Assembly: GCA_044344255.1 (NCBI GenBank)
Contig: JBIJDH010000009.1
Location: 160,001-224,000, forward strand
Length of the DNA: 64,000 nucleotides
DNA from: Myxococcota bacterium
GTDB lineage: Bacteria > Myxococcota_A > UBA796 > UBA2385
Direction of reading: 5' to 3'
The notes below the pieces were generated by a model. The model was not told the DNA's origin. It worked only from the letters and a program-made list of their open reading frames with translations, and searched no databases. Position numbers and translations under genes: made by a program. Below are positions 54,974 through 64,000 of this stretch, piece after piece (position 1 is the first letter of the stretch; every line of letters begins with the position of its first letter).

Positions 54974-55204
54974 ATGTCTCGTTTCCGTCGTCTGGGTCGG
55001 CGCAAGGTTTGCCGTTTCTGCGCTGACAAGACCGTCACCATCGACTACAAAGATCCGAAGCTGCTCCGCAACTTCATCACCGAGCGGGGCAAGGTCGTGC
55101 CGCGCCGCATCTCCGGCAACTGCGCGCGCCATCAGCGCGAGCTGGCCGTGGCGATCAAGCGGGCCCGTCACATCGCCTTCCTGCCCTTCCTCGCGCTCGA
55201 GTAG
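54974..55204 (+). CDS. rpsR: 30S ribosomal protein S18 (Zn-binding C+ type)
   Basis: CRFC…IDYKD…CARHQR. Confidence 0.97.
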   Translation: MSRFRRLGRRKVCRFCADKTVTIDYKDPKLLRNFITERGKVVPRRISGNCARHQRELAVAIKRARHIAFLPFLALE

Positions 55205-55213
55205 GGGGCTCAC

Positions 55214-55654
55214 ATGAAGGTCATTCTCCAGCAGGAAGTCGCCAACCTCGGCAAGACCGGGGACGTCGTGAAGGTCCGGGACGGTTACGGCCGTAACTTC
55301 CTGATCCCGCGCGGCCTCGCCACCCTCGCCGACGAGCGCAACGTCGCCCGCATCGCCCACCTCCAGCAGGTGGCCGCTGCCACGGCCGCCCGCGAGCTCG
55401 CCAGCGCGCGGGAGCTGGCCGACAAGCTCTCCAGCGTCGCCATCACCATCAAGCGGGAAGCGGGCGCCGAGAACAAGCTGTTCGGCTCCGTGACCAACCG
55501 CGACGTGGCGGAGGCCCTGGTCGCCGAGGGCTACAACATCGATCGTAAGCAGGTGATCCTCCCGGAGCCCATCCGGACGATCGGCCTCAACCACGTGCCC
55601 ATCAAGCTGCACCGCGACGTGCAGACCCAGATCAAGGTCTACGTCCTCCACTAG
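55214..55654 (+). CDS. rplI: 50S ribosomal protein L9
   Basis: MKVIL…GYGRNFLIP, KLFGSVT. Confidence 0.97.
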   Translation: MKVILQQEVANLGKTGDVVKVRDGYGRNFLIPRGLATLADERNVARIAHLQQVAAATAARELASARELADKLSSVAITIKREAGAENKLFGSVTNRDVAEALVAEGYNIDRKQVILPEPIRTIGLNHVPIKLHRDVQTQIKVYVLH

Positions 55655-55670
55655 ACCGGGCACAGCGGGC

Positions 55671-55698
55671 CCCCGGCGAGGCTCCCCCCTCGCCGGGG
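55671..55698 (+). terminator. GC-rich hairpin between rplI and dnaB (terminator or attenuating stem)
   Basis: CCCCGGCGAGG-6nt-CCTCGCCGGGG perfect 11-bp stem, weak U tail. Confidence 0.45.
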
Positions 55699-55738
55699 CG
55701 TCTGTTGAGCAGGTACCCTCCTTGAAGGAGCGCGCGGC

Positions 55739-57094
55739 ATGGAGAACAGCCGTCCCCTTCCCCGCAGCCCGGAGGCCGAACGTGCGGTCCTCGGCGGGCT
55801 GATGCTCGACCCCGAGCGGGTCGCCGGCGTCGCGGAGCGCGTGGTCGCCGAGGACTTCTATCGGGAGTCCCACCAGCGCCTCTTCCAGCTCATGGTCGAC
55901 ATGAGCGAGCGCGGTCAGCCGACCGAGATGTTCGCCGTGGTCGACGCCATCGTGAAGGCGGGCCGCGAAGAGGAGATGGGCGGGGTCGCGTATGTGAGCG
56001 CGCTGCCCGACAACGTCCCCAGCACCGAGAACATCGAGTACTACGCGGGCATCATCCGAGAGCGCGCCGTCTCGCGCCGCTTGATCGAGGGCGCTCAGCG
56101 CATCACCGAGGAGGCCCTCAGCGGCGCCCATGAGCTGCCCAACCTGCTCGACCTCGCCGAGTCGACGATCTTTCAGGTCACCCAGGACCGGTCGGCGGCC
56201 GACTGGTCCAGACTCTCCACCGTGGTCGACGGCGAGATCGTCCGAATCCAGGGGCTGAGCGCCAACCAGGGCGACGTCACCGGGCTCTCCACGGGCTTCG
56301 TCGAGCTGGACCGGATGCTGGCCGGCCTCCACCCCTCCGACCTCCTCATCCTCGCCGCTCGACCTGCGATGGGGAAGACTGCCTTCGTGCTCAACATCGC
56401 CCGCAACGTCGCGGGAACGCCGGACGGCGACCCCATCGCCGGGGTCGGGGTCTTCTCGCTCGAGATGAGCCGCGGCCAGCTCGCCACCCGCTTGCTCTGC
56501 GCAGAGGCCCGAGTCGACGCGGGGAAGATCCGCACCGGCTTCCTGTCGCAGTCCGAGGACTGGCCCGCGCTGATCAGCGCGTCGGAGCGGCTCTATCGGC
56601 TGCCAATCTACATCGATGACACCCCCGGGCTCACCCCCACACAGGTCAGGAGTAAGGCCCGTCGCCTCAAGGCCCAGGACCCCTCGCTCGGCCTCATCAT
56701 CGTCGACTACATCGGCCTGATGGGCGGTGACGCCAAGATCAACCGGGAGCAGCAGGTGAGCGCGGCGAGCCGGGCCTTGAAGGGCCTCGCCAAGGAGCTC
56801 GGCATCACCGTGATCGCGCTCAGCCAGCTGAACCGCGGCGTCGAGAGCCGGCCCGACAAGCGCCCCCAGCTCTCGGACCTCCGCGAGTCCGGCGCCATCG
56901 AGCAGGACGCGGACGTCATCATGTTCATCTACCGCGACGAGTACTACAACAAAGAGAGCACGAAGGTAGGCGAGGCCACCATCATCATCGCCAAGCAGCG
57001 AAACGGCGCCACCGGAGACGTCGACCTCGCCTTCCACGGGAAGTGGACGCGCTTCGACAACCTTCAGCGGGCCCCTGAGGGCTACTATCAGTGA
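55739..57094 (+). CDS. dnaB: Replicative DNA helicase
   Basis: AARPAMGKT, SLEM, DYI, LSQLNR, DLRESGAIEQDAD, KQRNG. No intein. Confidence 0.97.
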   Translation: MENSRPLPRSPEAERAVLGGLMLDPERVAGVAERVVAEDFYRESHQRLFQLMVDMSERGQPTEMFAVVDAIVKAGREEEMGGVAYVSALPDNVPSTENIEYYAGIIRERAVSRRLIEGAQRITEEALSGAHELPNLLDLAESTIFQVTQDRSAADWSRLSTVVDGEIVRIQGLSANQGDVTGLSTGFVELDRMLAGLHPSDLLILAARPAMGKTAFVLNIARNVAGTPDGDPIAGVGVFSLEMSRGQLATRLLCAEARVDAGKIRTGFLSQSEDWPALISASERLYRLPIYIDDTPGLTPTQVRSKARRLKAQDPSLGLIIVDYIGLMGGDAKINREQQVSAASRALKGLAKELGITVIALSQLNRGVESRPDKRPQLSDLRESGAIEQDADVIMFIYRDEYYNKESTKVGEATIIIAKQRNGATGDVDLAFHGKWTRFDNLQRAPEGYYQ

Positions 57095-57642
57095 TCGGGC
57101 TGCTCCTCCTCGTCGCGCAGGCCTGGGCGCTCGGCGGGAACGATCGGCTGGAGCTCGCGCTGATGGGCGGCCAAACCGTCGAGGGCTGGTTCTACCGGGC
57201 GACGCCGAGCTCGGTCGTGCTGTCGGGAGGCAACCGATTCACCGAGGTGCCCCTCGGCGTGATCGTCGGCGCCACCGTCAACGGCTCCCCTTGGACGGTG
57301 GCCGTGTTCAGCGCAGAGGTGGAGCGATCCGTCCCCAACATCCCGGAGCGCGCCCCGCGGCCTGCGCCCTGGGTCGCGGGTGCCGGCTCCGCCCTGTGGG
57401 CGGGGGCCGGTCAGGCGATGATCCACGACTGGCGGGGGGCCGCCGCCTGGTCGGCGGTCGAGGTCGGCCTGCTCGGCGCAGGGGCCCTGGCCCTCCACGA
57501 AGATGCGGGCTTCGGGGTGCTGATCCCGATCATCGGCCTCGACCTCTTGTTCAAGGGGACCTCTGCTCGGGACGCCGCGCGCCGCGCTCGGGCTCGGCGG
57601 ATACCCGTGAAGCCCATCCCGCCCGATCTCATCGATCGGTAG
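57091..57642 (+). CDS. Hypothetical exported/membrane protein
   Basis: GTGA overlap with dnaB. Signal peptide and hydrophobic C-terminal segments. Confidence 0.55.
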   Translation: MIGLLLLVAQAWALGGNDRLELALMGGQTVEGWFYRATPSSVVLSGGNRFTEVPLGVIVGATVNGSPWTVAVFSAEVERSVPNIPERAPRPAPWVAGAGSALWAGAGQAMIHDWRGAAAWSAVEVGLLGAGALALHEDAGFGVLIPIIGLDLLFKGTSARDAARRARARRIPVKPIPPDLIDR

Positions 57643-57663
57643 GGCTCCATCGAAAAGTGGCGC

Positions 57664-57769
57664 CGGGGTTGACAGGCTGGGTTTCTGGCGAATAGCCGAG
57701 CCTGACTTACTTCAGCCTTACCGTTCAGGGGCCTGCCTCACCGGCTAGCTCATGTACGGGGTTGACGGG
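57664..57769 (+). promoter_or_regulatory. Two CGGGGTTGAC boxes (tandem -35-like elements or TF sites) upstream of the FHA gene
   Basis: CGGGGTTGAC at 57664-57673 and 57757-57766. Confidence 0.35.
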
Positions 57770-57900
57770 GCCGCTTGCACGTCCTTCTTTGATGATCCTG
57801 CTCAGCAGGACCACACCGCCATCCGCATCGAATTAGACGCCGAACCGTGTTCATGGCCCCCGCCAGGGTGCCGGTCCTCGTCCAGGAGCTCGTCGGAAAG

Positions 57901-59241
57901 ATGGAACAGCCAGAGCTGCTCAACGAATTCAACGCCTTCCTCTCGAAGTACGCCCAGCACCGCGAGTACATCCGGCGGGCGCAGAGTCAGGCATCCCGAT
58001 TCTCGAAGGCCATCATCGAGAAGGTGATGCTGGATCACGAGGTGAAAGCCTCCCAGATCGCCGACGACATCCTCCCGCTCGTCCCGTCGTTGCAGTCAGC
58101 GATCCGGACGATCGACGACGAGAAGGTCTCGATCCACAACGACAAGGCCGCTGCCGACGAGGAGATGGAGGAGCTGAACCTCCGCCTCGCGATCGGAGAG
58201 GTCACGGACGAGGAGTTCGAGAGCCTCGGCCACGAGCTCCGCGATCACCTCGAGGCCGCCAACGGCCGGCTGGGTGATCTCGACGGCGCTCGCGAGCACC
58301 TCGCGAAGGCGCTCGACAGCTGGGTCGCCCTCGCCGCCGAAGGCCAACAGCCCAACGGCCTCGAGGTCGCCGCGCCGCCCCCTGTGGTGGCCGCCCCTGC
58401 CGTCGTGCCGGCCGTCGTCGTGCCCGCCGCGGTCCCGCCCGCGGTGGCTGAGCCCCTGCCGCAGCCGGTCGTCGAGGCCCCCGCGCCGATCGCCCCACCG
58501 GCGCCGGTCGCTGAGACGATCGTCGAGCCGGACCTCGTGTCGATCCCGCTCCCGGTCCCCGCCCACATGGCCGAGACCGTGGTGCCCCCGGAGGCGGATG
58601 ACGGGCAGCACACCTCCACCAGCCGCGTGAAGGATGACGTCTCCGCGGTCTTCGACAGCGCCCCGTCCGAGGCCGCTGTCCGCTTGACCGATGACGCGGC
58701 CGTGGCCGAGACCATCGAAGCCAACGCCGGCGAAGACGAGTTCGAGGTTGACTTCGACGAGCCGGTAGAAGCTGGCCCGCCGATCTCGCACGCGCAGGTG
58801 TCCTCGGTCTCGGCGCTCTCCCCGCCGACCGACCCCGGCGCCCCGGCCTCCCCGGAGATGGACGTCTTCATCCCGGACCCGGACCACGACACCCAGCAGA
58901 ACCTGTCCCAGGTGTCCGAGGCGCCCGCCAGCGCCGAAGATCAGGGTCGCCGCGCCATCCTCCTCTACCAGGAGAACACGGCCGACGAGCAGATCTACCC
59001 CTTCACGAACGACGTGCTCACCGTTGGACGCGGGCGGGACAACGACATCCAGATCCGCAACGACTCCAAGGTCTCCCGGTTCCATTGCAAGCTGTTCAAG
59101 CGCGGCGGCAACTTCTACGTCGAAGACAACAAGTCCTCGAACGGCACCCTGGTCAACGGCGAGCTCATCACCGAGCGGCGCCTCTTCGGCGGCGAAGAGG
59201 TCATCATCGGCGAGACCTTCTTCCGATTCCGGGTGCTGTAG
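57901..59241 (+). CDS. FHA domain protein with N-terminal coiled coil and Pro/acidic linker
   Basis: C-terminal GR…VSRFH…SSNGT.VNG. Start uncertain (57847, 57853 or 57901). Confidence 0.85.
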   Translation: MEQPELLNEFNAFLSKYAQHREYIRRAQSQASRFSKAIIEKVMLDHEVKASQIADDILPLVPSLQSAIRTIDDEKVSIHNDKAAADEEMEELNLRLAIGEVTDEEFESLGHELRDHLEAANGRLGDLDGAREHLAKALDSWVALAAEGQQPNGLEVAAPPPVVAAPAVVPAVVVPAAVPPAVAEPLPQPVVEAPAPIAPPAPVAETIVEPDLVSIPLPVPAHMAETVVPPEADDGQHTSTSRVKDDVSAVFDSAPSEAAVRLTDDAAVAETIEANAGEDEFEVDFDEPVEAGPPISHAQVSSVSALSPPTDPGAPASPEMDVFIPDPDHDTQQNLSQVSEAPASAEDQGRRAILLYQENTADEQIYPFTNDVLTVGRGRDNDIQIRNDSKVSRFHCKLFKRGGNFYVEDNKSSNGTLVNGELITERRLFGGEEVIIGETFFRFRVL

Positions 59242-59257
59242 GACAGGCAGGGCGGAG

Positions 59258-59890
59258 ATGCAACGTTCAAGTCGGGGTCGCGTCAGCGGCCCCGTCTTTT
59301 TTACGACCCACGAAGCGGCTCAGCTCCTCGGCGTGAGCCTGCCGACGATCGTGAATTGGATCAAGGCCGGCCGAATCGAGGCTCACCGCACTCCGGGCGG
59401 GCACCGGCGCATCGCCCAGGCGGAGCTCCGACGCTTCGCTGGCGCCCACGCGCAGCCGATCGAGCTCCCGCCGGAGGCCGTCGACCCGCCCGGCCTCAAG
59501 CGGGTCCTCGTCGTGCACGCCGAGCGGGACTACAGCGAGATGGTGTGCGAGTTCCTGGGAATTCGGGCAGGCGTGCAGGCGAGGCTCGCGGACGGCGCGT
59601 TCAACGCCGGATACGAGCTCGGCCGCTTCCGGCCAGACCTCCTCATCCTCGACATGACGATGCCGGACCTCGACGGCTTCCGCTTGGCCCGTCAGCTCCG
59701 CGAAGACCCGGAGGCCCGCGGGCTCCGGCTGATCGGCCTGTCCGACATCCCCGATCCGCAGTTGGAGCAGCGCTCTGTGGAGCTGGGCTTCGATCGCGTG
59801 CTGCGAAAGCCGGCGCCCCTCGACAGCCTGCTGGAGGAGGTCAAGCTCATCCTCCTCTCGGGGAGCCCCCCGATCCCGCCGCCTCGCTGA
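59258..59890 (+). CDS. Response regulator with N-terminal excisionase-like HTH
   Basis: TTHEAAQLLGVS…W…RTPGGHRR, then receiver LILDMTMP…KP. Acidic pocket atypical (VVHAE). Confidence 0.88.
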   Translation: MQRSSRGRVSGPVFFTTHEAAQLLGVSLPTIVNWIKAGRIEAHRTPGGHRRIAQAELRRFAGAHAQPIELPPEAVDPPGLKRVLVVHAERDYSEMVCEFLGIRAGVQARLADGAFNAGYELGRFRPDLLILDMTMPDLDGFRLARQLREDPEARGLRLIGLSDIPDPQLEQRSVELGFDRVLRKPAPLDSLLEEVKLILLSGSPPIPPPR

Positions 59891-60701
59891 ACGGCACCGG
59901 CTCCGCGCTCCTCCCCGCGGAGGACAGCGGGAGGGGGACTCGCTCACACCCACGCCGCCGGCGGATGAGCTCGGCGGCGACGCTCACGGCGATCTCCTCC
60001 GGGGTCTCGGCGCCGATGTCCAAGCCGACCGGCGCCGCGAGTCGCTCGAACAAGGCAGGATCGAAGCCCGCTGCGCGGAGGCGAAGGGAGAAGCGGGCCA
60101 CCTTGGCTCGGCTGCCGATCAGGCCGACCCAGGCCAGCTCTCGCGGGAGCAGGCGCTCGACGAGGTCTTGATCGAGGTCGTGGCGGTGAGTCACGACGAG
60201 GTGGTAGCAGTGCGCGCCGAAGGGCAGGCCGTCGAGCACGCGGAGCGGATCGGCCTCGAGGACGCGGACCCCCGGCGGGAAGCGGCCAGGGTCCGCGAAC
60301 TCCTCCCGCTCGTCGACCACCGTGACCGAGAAGCCGAGGCCCTGGCCCAGGCCGGCGAGCGCGAGGCCCACGTGCCCACCCCCGTAGATGACGAGCTGCT
60401 CCATCGGCTTCAAGGGCTCCACGAAGGCCTCCATGGCGCCACCACAGCACATTCCCAAGTCATGGCGGAGGTTGAGCGCCACCCTGCGGGGCGCGCCGGC
60501 GCGGATCGCCGCCTCGGCCTCCTGCTCGAGCCGGTGCTCGAAGGCGCCGCCGCCGACGGTGCCGACCCGCCCTCCGCCCGCATAGACCAGCATCCGGGCG
60601 CTGGCGGCCCGCGGAGCGGAGCCGTTGACCCCGACGACGGTGACGAGGGCGGCGGGGCGCCCGGCCCGCATGGCCGCAGCGGCGGCCTCGAGGACCTTCA
60701 A
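59847..60701 (-). CDS. xdhC: XdhC/CoxI family molybdenum-cofactor insertion accessory protein
   Basis: GSAPR, GTVGGG, LGMCCGG, GGGHVG, GLIGS, PVGLDIGAETPEEIA. TTGA overlap with the upstream gene. Confidence 0.85.
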   Translation of the reverse strand: MKVLEAAAAAMRAGRPAALVTVVGVNGSAPRAASARMLVYAGGGRVGTVGGGAFEHRLEQEAEAAIRAGAPRRVALNLRHDLGMCCGGAMEAFVEPLKPMEQLVIYGGGHVGLALAGLGQGLGFSVTVVDEREEFADPGRFPPGVRVLEADPLRVLDGLPFGAHCYHLVVTHRHDLDQDLVERLLPRELAWVGLIGSRAKVARFSLRLRAAGFDPALFERLAAPVGLDIGAETPEEIAVSVAAELIRRRRGCERVPLPLSSAGRSAEPVPFSEAAGSGGSPRGG

Positions 60702-62023
60702 AGGCCCGCTCGCCGGCGCACCCGCGCCAGGGCGCTTCGACAACCGGCCACCGTCTCGGCGTTGTCCCAGCCCCGCACCGCTCCACCCTCAACCACGCGC
60801 TCCCCGTGGATCCAGACCCGCCGGACCGCCGCCGGCGTCAGCGCGTAGACGATAGCGCTCCGCGGATCACCGCCGCCCCAGCCGGAGATGACGTCGGGAT
60901 CGATCTCGACGAGGTCGGCGGGGCGGCCGACCTCGATGCGCCCCGTGGCGAGGCCGAGGGCCTCTGCGCCACGGCGAGTGGCCATGCCGAGGACGGTGGG
61001 GGCGTCCATCCGAGCGGCGCCGACCCTCGGCTTTTGGATCAGGGCGGCGAGGCGCATCTCGGTGAAGGCGTCGAGGCGGTTGTTACAGGGCGCGCCGTCC
61101 GCTCCCAGCGTGACCCGCACGCCTCCCGCGAGGAGCTCGGGGATCCGCGCGAAGCCGCTCGCCAGCTTGAGGTTGGAGCTCGGACAATGGGCGACCGTGG
61201 TGCCGGTCCGAGCGAGCAAGCGCTCCTCGGCCGCCGTCAGATGGACGCAGTGGGCCAGGACCACGTCGCGCCCAGAGAAGCCGAGGGCGTCGAGCCACTC
61301 CACGTTGTCACGCCCCGTCATCGCGCGCACCATCGCCACCTCGTCCAGGTTCTCCGAGGCGTGGGTGTGCAACAGGCAGCCCCGACGGCGAGCCTCGGCG
61401 ACGGTCTGCCGGAGCAGCTCGGCGCTGCAAGAGGGCACGAAGCGAGGCGCAAAGGCGTAGGCGAGGCGGGGGGTGCGGCGATGCCAACGATCGGCGAGCT
61501 CACAGGCGCTCGCCATCGACCGATCTGTGGGCTCCGAGAGGCCGGCCTCGTTCTCGAGATCCATCTGGGCCTTGCCGATGAAGGCGCGGATCCCGGCCTC
61601 TTCGGCCGCCCGAAACACGGCGTCGGTGTGGGACACCGTAGCCATGTCGAGGATGGCCGTGGAGCCGCCGAGCAGGAGCTCAGTGATGCCGAGGCGGGCC
61701 GACCAGTAGACGCTGTCCTCGTCATGGGCCTTCTCGAGGGGCCAGATGCGCGTCCGAAGCCAATCGAGCAGGGCGAGGTCATCTGCCAGACCGCGGAAGA
61801 GGGTCTGGACGAGGTGGATGTGGGTCTGGACGAAGCCGGGGATCAACCACCGTCCGCCGAGATCGATGACCTCCGCCCCCAGCGGTGGGGTGCCGCCGGG
61901 CGGCCGGATCGCGTCGATCAGGCCGTCTACGATGTGGACGTCCGCCAGCTGGGAGGCGGACTCCAGATCGGGATCGTCGGCCACACATGGGATGATACGC
62001 GTGTTTCGGAGGATTCGTTTCAC
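60698..62023 (-). CDS. Amidohydrolase (5'-deoxyadenosine/MTA-SAH deaminase-like)
   Basis: PGFVQTHIH, HTHASE, AHCVH, HCPSSNLKLASG, GADG. Confidence 0.88.
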   Translation of the reverse strand: MKRILRNTRIIPCVADDPDLESASQLADVHIVDGLIDAIRPPGGTPPLGAEVIDLGGRWLIPGFVQTHIHLVQTLFRGLADDLALLDWLRTRIWPLEKAHDEDSVYWSARLGITELLLGGSTAILDMATVSHTDAVFRAAEEAGIRAFIGKAQMDLENEAGLSEPTDRSMASACELADRWHRRTPRLAYAFAPRFVPSCSAELLRQTVAEARRRGCLLHTHASENLDEVAMVRAMTGRDNVEWLDALGFSGRDVVLAHCVHLTAAEERLLARTGTTVAHCPSSNLKLASGFARIPELLAGGVRVTLGADGAPCNNRLDAFTEMRLAALIQKPRVGAARMDAPTVLGMATRRGAEALGLATGRIEVGRPADLVEIDPDVISGWGGGDPRSAIVYALTPAAVRRVWIHGERVVEGGAVRGWDNAETVAGCRSALARVRRRAGL

Positions 62024-62122
62024 CGGGGCCGCATAGCCGATTCCATCCACCTCTCCCAGGTGCGGCCTGCCCCGGCGACGCGGCGCCCTCCGAGCCTCCG
62101 CGTGCGGCCCCCTCCTTTCTCG

Positions 62123-62152
62123 TTGACCCGGTCACCCCGAGGGGAATACCAT
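62123..62152 (+). promoter_or_regulatory. Sigma70-like promoter
   Basis: TTGACC-N18-TACCAT. Confidence 0.5.
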
Positions 62153-62220
62153 GCCCCCCCGAGGTCGGAGGAGCGGAGCGCCGCCCGCCCTCAACCGCGT
62201 GATGGAGCCCCGGAGTGCAC

Positions 62221-64000
62221 ATGCCCCGAGCCCGACGGACTGCCCGGATCTCTGCGATCCTGCTCACCCTCGCGCTCTCGATCCGCCCGGCCGCGGCGCA
62301 AGGGCCCGAGGACGAAGTCCAGGCCCTCGAGGCCCCGACCGCCGAGATCCCTGACCTCCAGCCGATCGTGAAGCGCTGGTCGGAGGGGCACCGTTGGGTG
62401 AGCACCGATCTGCGCGCCCCGGTGAGGGGCCTCGTGCGCCTCCAAAGCGGCACCCTCCTCACCCTCACCGAAGACGGGCTCGTCTACGTTCGGGCCGAGG
62501 GCCAGCCCTGGCGGCGGGCCTCCTTGCCGAGCTCGACGACGGAGGCGGAAGAGGGGCCATCCGAAGAGGACCTGCTCCTCGAGGCGGAGTCTGCGGTCGA
62601 GGACGCCCTCGAGGACTCCGTCGACACCAGCCAGTCCGGTGAGTCCACCGAGCCCTACGTACAAGACGACGGGGAGATCGAGGTCGAGGCCCCAGAGGCG
62701 ATCGAGATCGACACCTCGGACGCGCTCGAGTCGGGGCTGGGCCAGCTCACCGACGAAGACGAGGGGGCGTCCGGCTCCAGCCCCGCCAGTGGCCTGTGGG
62801 TGCTCGCCGGAGACCCCGAGGTAGTGCTCGTGAGCCGCCCCGGGGGCGCCTGGCGCTCGACCGACGGGGGGCTCAGCTGGGATCCGGTGCCCACGCTCCC
62901 GCCCACCAGCACAGTGGTCAGCGTCGGCGGCGCCGCCCCCTACGCCATCGCCGCCACCGCGGAGGGCCTCCGCTACAGCGGCGACAACGGGGAGGTCTGG
63001 TTCACCATCGAGAGCCCGATCGACCAAGGGGAGGTGAGGGGGCTCGCCACGGACGGCCTGAACTTCTGGGCTGGCACCGCGGAGGGGCTCTTTCGAAGCG
63101 AGGACGGCGTCCGCTGGGTTGCGCTCCGCCCCGCCGGCCTCCCCAGCGCCGAGCTCCAGACCCTGGCCGTCGATCCCGCCTGGGAGGGCGGCCTCTGGCT
63201 CGTCACCTCCGAGTCGGTGCTCCGCAGCGACGATGGCGGCGTCACCGTGCGCCCTGTGGGGCGAAACCCCCTCAAGGGCACCCACCAGCTCCTCCCTCAG
63301 GCAGAGCCTGGCCACCTCTTCGCGGTGGGGGCCAACGGCGTGTGGGAGAGCCTGGACGGCGGCCTCCGCTGGACCCCGATCGCGGAGGGGCTCCCGAGCC
63401 CCGACCAGACCGCCCTCGTCTTCGACCGCTCGGGCCCCGTGGTGGGCGGCCAGGACGGCGTCTTCGCGCTGATGGCGCTCGAGGACTCCCCCACCGTCGC
63501 CTCCGGCATCCCCGAAGAGCAGGCGCCTCCGCCGGTCGTCGAGGTGATGCAAGCGGCGCTCCGCCGGAACGGCGCCACCATGACGCCCCTGCACATCCAG
63601 CACGCGCTGGTACGGAGCCTCCTGTCCCCCTCGCTGGTGTTGTTCGGGGCCTACAACCGACGCCAATCTTTCAGCGCCGACATCCCTGGCCTCTCCAACG
63701 CGGGCACCACCGACTCCGACGTCTCCGCCGGCCTGAGCCTCTGCTTCGGCCGGTGCGGCTCCACCACGAGCTCGACCGGCGACGAGACCGAGGTCGAGGA
63801 CATCGACATCGACTCCCTCACCGAGTCCGGGGACATCGTCGTAGTCGGCGATGACGCCTACCTCACCGAGGCCGGCGACTACAGCGCCCTGGCGGCCAAC
63901 GTCGCCAACCGCATCTCCAGCTACCGCACCACGGTCTCCGACCAGGTGGCCGATCTCTACTTCGCCCGGAAGAAGCTCGTCGCCGAGCGCAACGACTTTC
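62221..64000 (+). CDS. Exported BNR/Asp-box beta-propeller protein (3'-truncated by window; absent from ORF track)
   Basis: Frame 1 is open from ATG 62221 to the window end. Signal peptide MPRARR…PAAA. Repeats RSTDGGLSW, YSGDNGEVW, RSEDGVRW, RSDDGG, ESLDGGLRW. Confidence 0.8.
   Translation, partial: MPRARRTARISAILLTLALSIRPAAAQGPEDEVQALEAPTAEIPDLQPIVKRWSEGHRWVSTDLRAPVRGLVRLQSGTLLTLTEDGLVYVRAEGQPWRRASLPSSTTEAEEGPSEEDLLLEAESAVEDALEDSVDTSQSGESTEPYVQDDGEIEVEAPEAIEIDTSDALESGLGQLTDEDEGASGSSPASGLWVLAGDPEVVLVSRPGGAWRSTDGGLSWDPVPTLPPTSTVVSVGGAAPYAIAATAEGLRYSGDNGEVWFTIESPIDQGEVRGLATDGLNFWAGTAEGLFRSEDGVRWVALRPAGLPSAELQTLAVDPAWEGGLWLVTSESVLRSDDGGVTVRPVGRNPLKGTHQLLPQAEPGHLFAVGANGVWESLDGGLRWTPIAEGLPSPDQTALVFDRSGPVVGGQDGVFALMALEDSPTVASGIPEEQAPPPVVEVMQAALRRNGATMTPLHIQHALVRSLLSPSLVLFGAYNRRQSFSADIPGLSNAGTTDSDVSAGLSLCFGRCGSTTSSTGDETEVEDIDIDSLTESGDIVVVGDDAYLTEAGDYSALAANVANRISSYRTTVSDQVADLYFARKKLVAERNDF

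Noticed and set aside
59258..59450. Excisionase-like HTH as evidence of a prophage
   Set aside because: It is fused to a receiver domain, a common chromosomal regulator architecture, and no phage genes are nearby.

Overview
High-GC bacterial chromosomal DNA, most consistent with a Myxococcota/deltaproteobacterial lineage (MXAN_5808-like S41 protease, many lipoproteins, split RdgC-like pair). It is gene-dense core-type DNA with about 55 CDS, tRNA-Arg(CCG), tRNA-Gln(TTG) and the prs-rplY-pth-rpsF-rpsR-rplI-dnaB block. I see no CRISPR array, rRNA, transposase, integrase or phage genes. Best leads: (1) a protein with an RG-rich tail, two helical repeats and two tandem Hfq/Sm-like domains, heading an operon with a split RdgC-like pair; (2) a ~300-nt highly structured rplY leader with mutually exclusive pairings; (3) a PBP1A with an N-terminal zinc ribbon and a 3x4-Cys insertion in its transpeptidase domain, followed by a Cys-rich lipoprotein; (4) a tandem M14 pair in which one copy keeps only the catalytic Glu and the other only the Zn ligands; (5) a thiolase resembling trypanosomatid SCP2-thiolase; (6) a UvrA paralog with one ATPase site degenerate. 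All family calls come from motif recognition by eye, with no database search. Start codons were adjusted by hand and are approximate.
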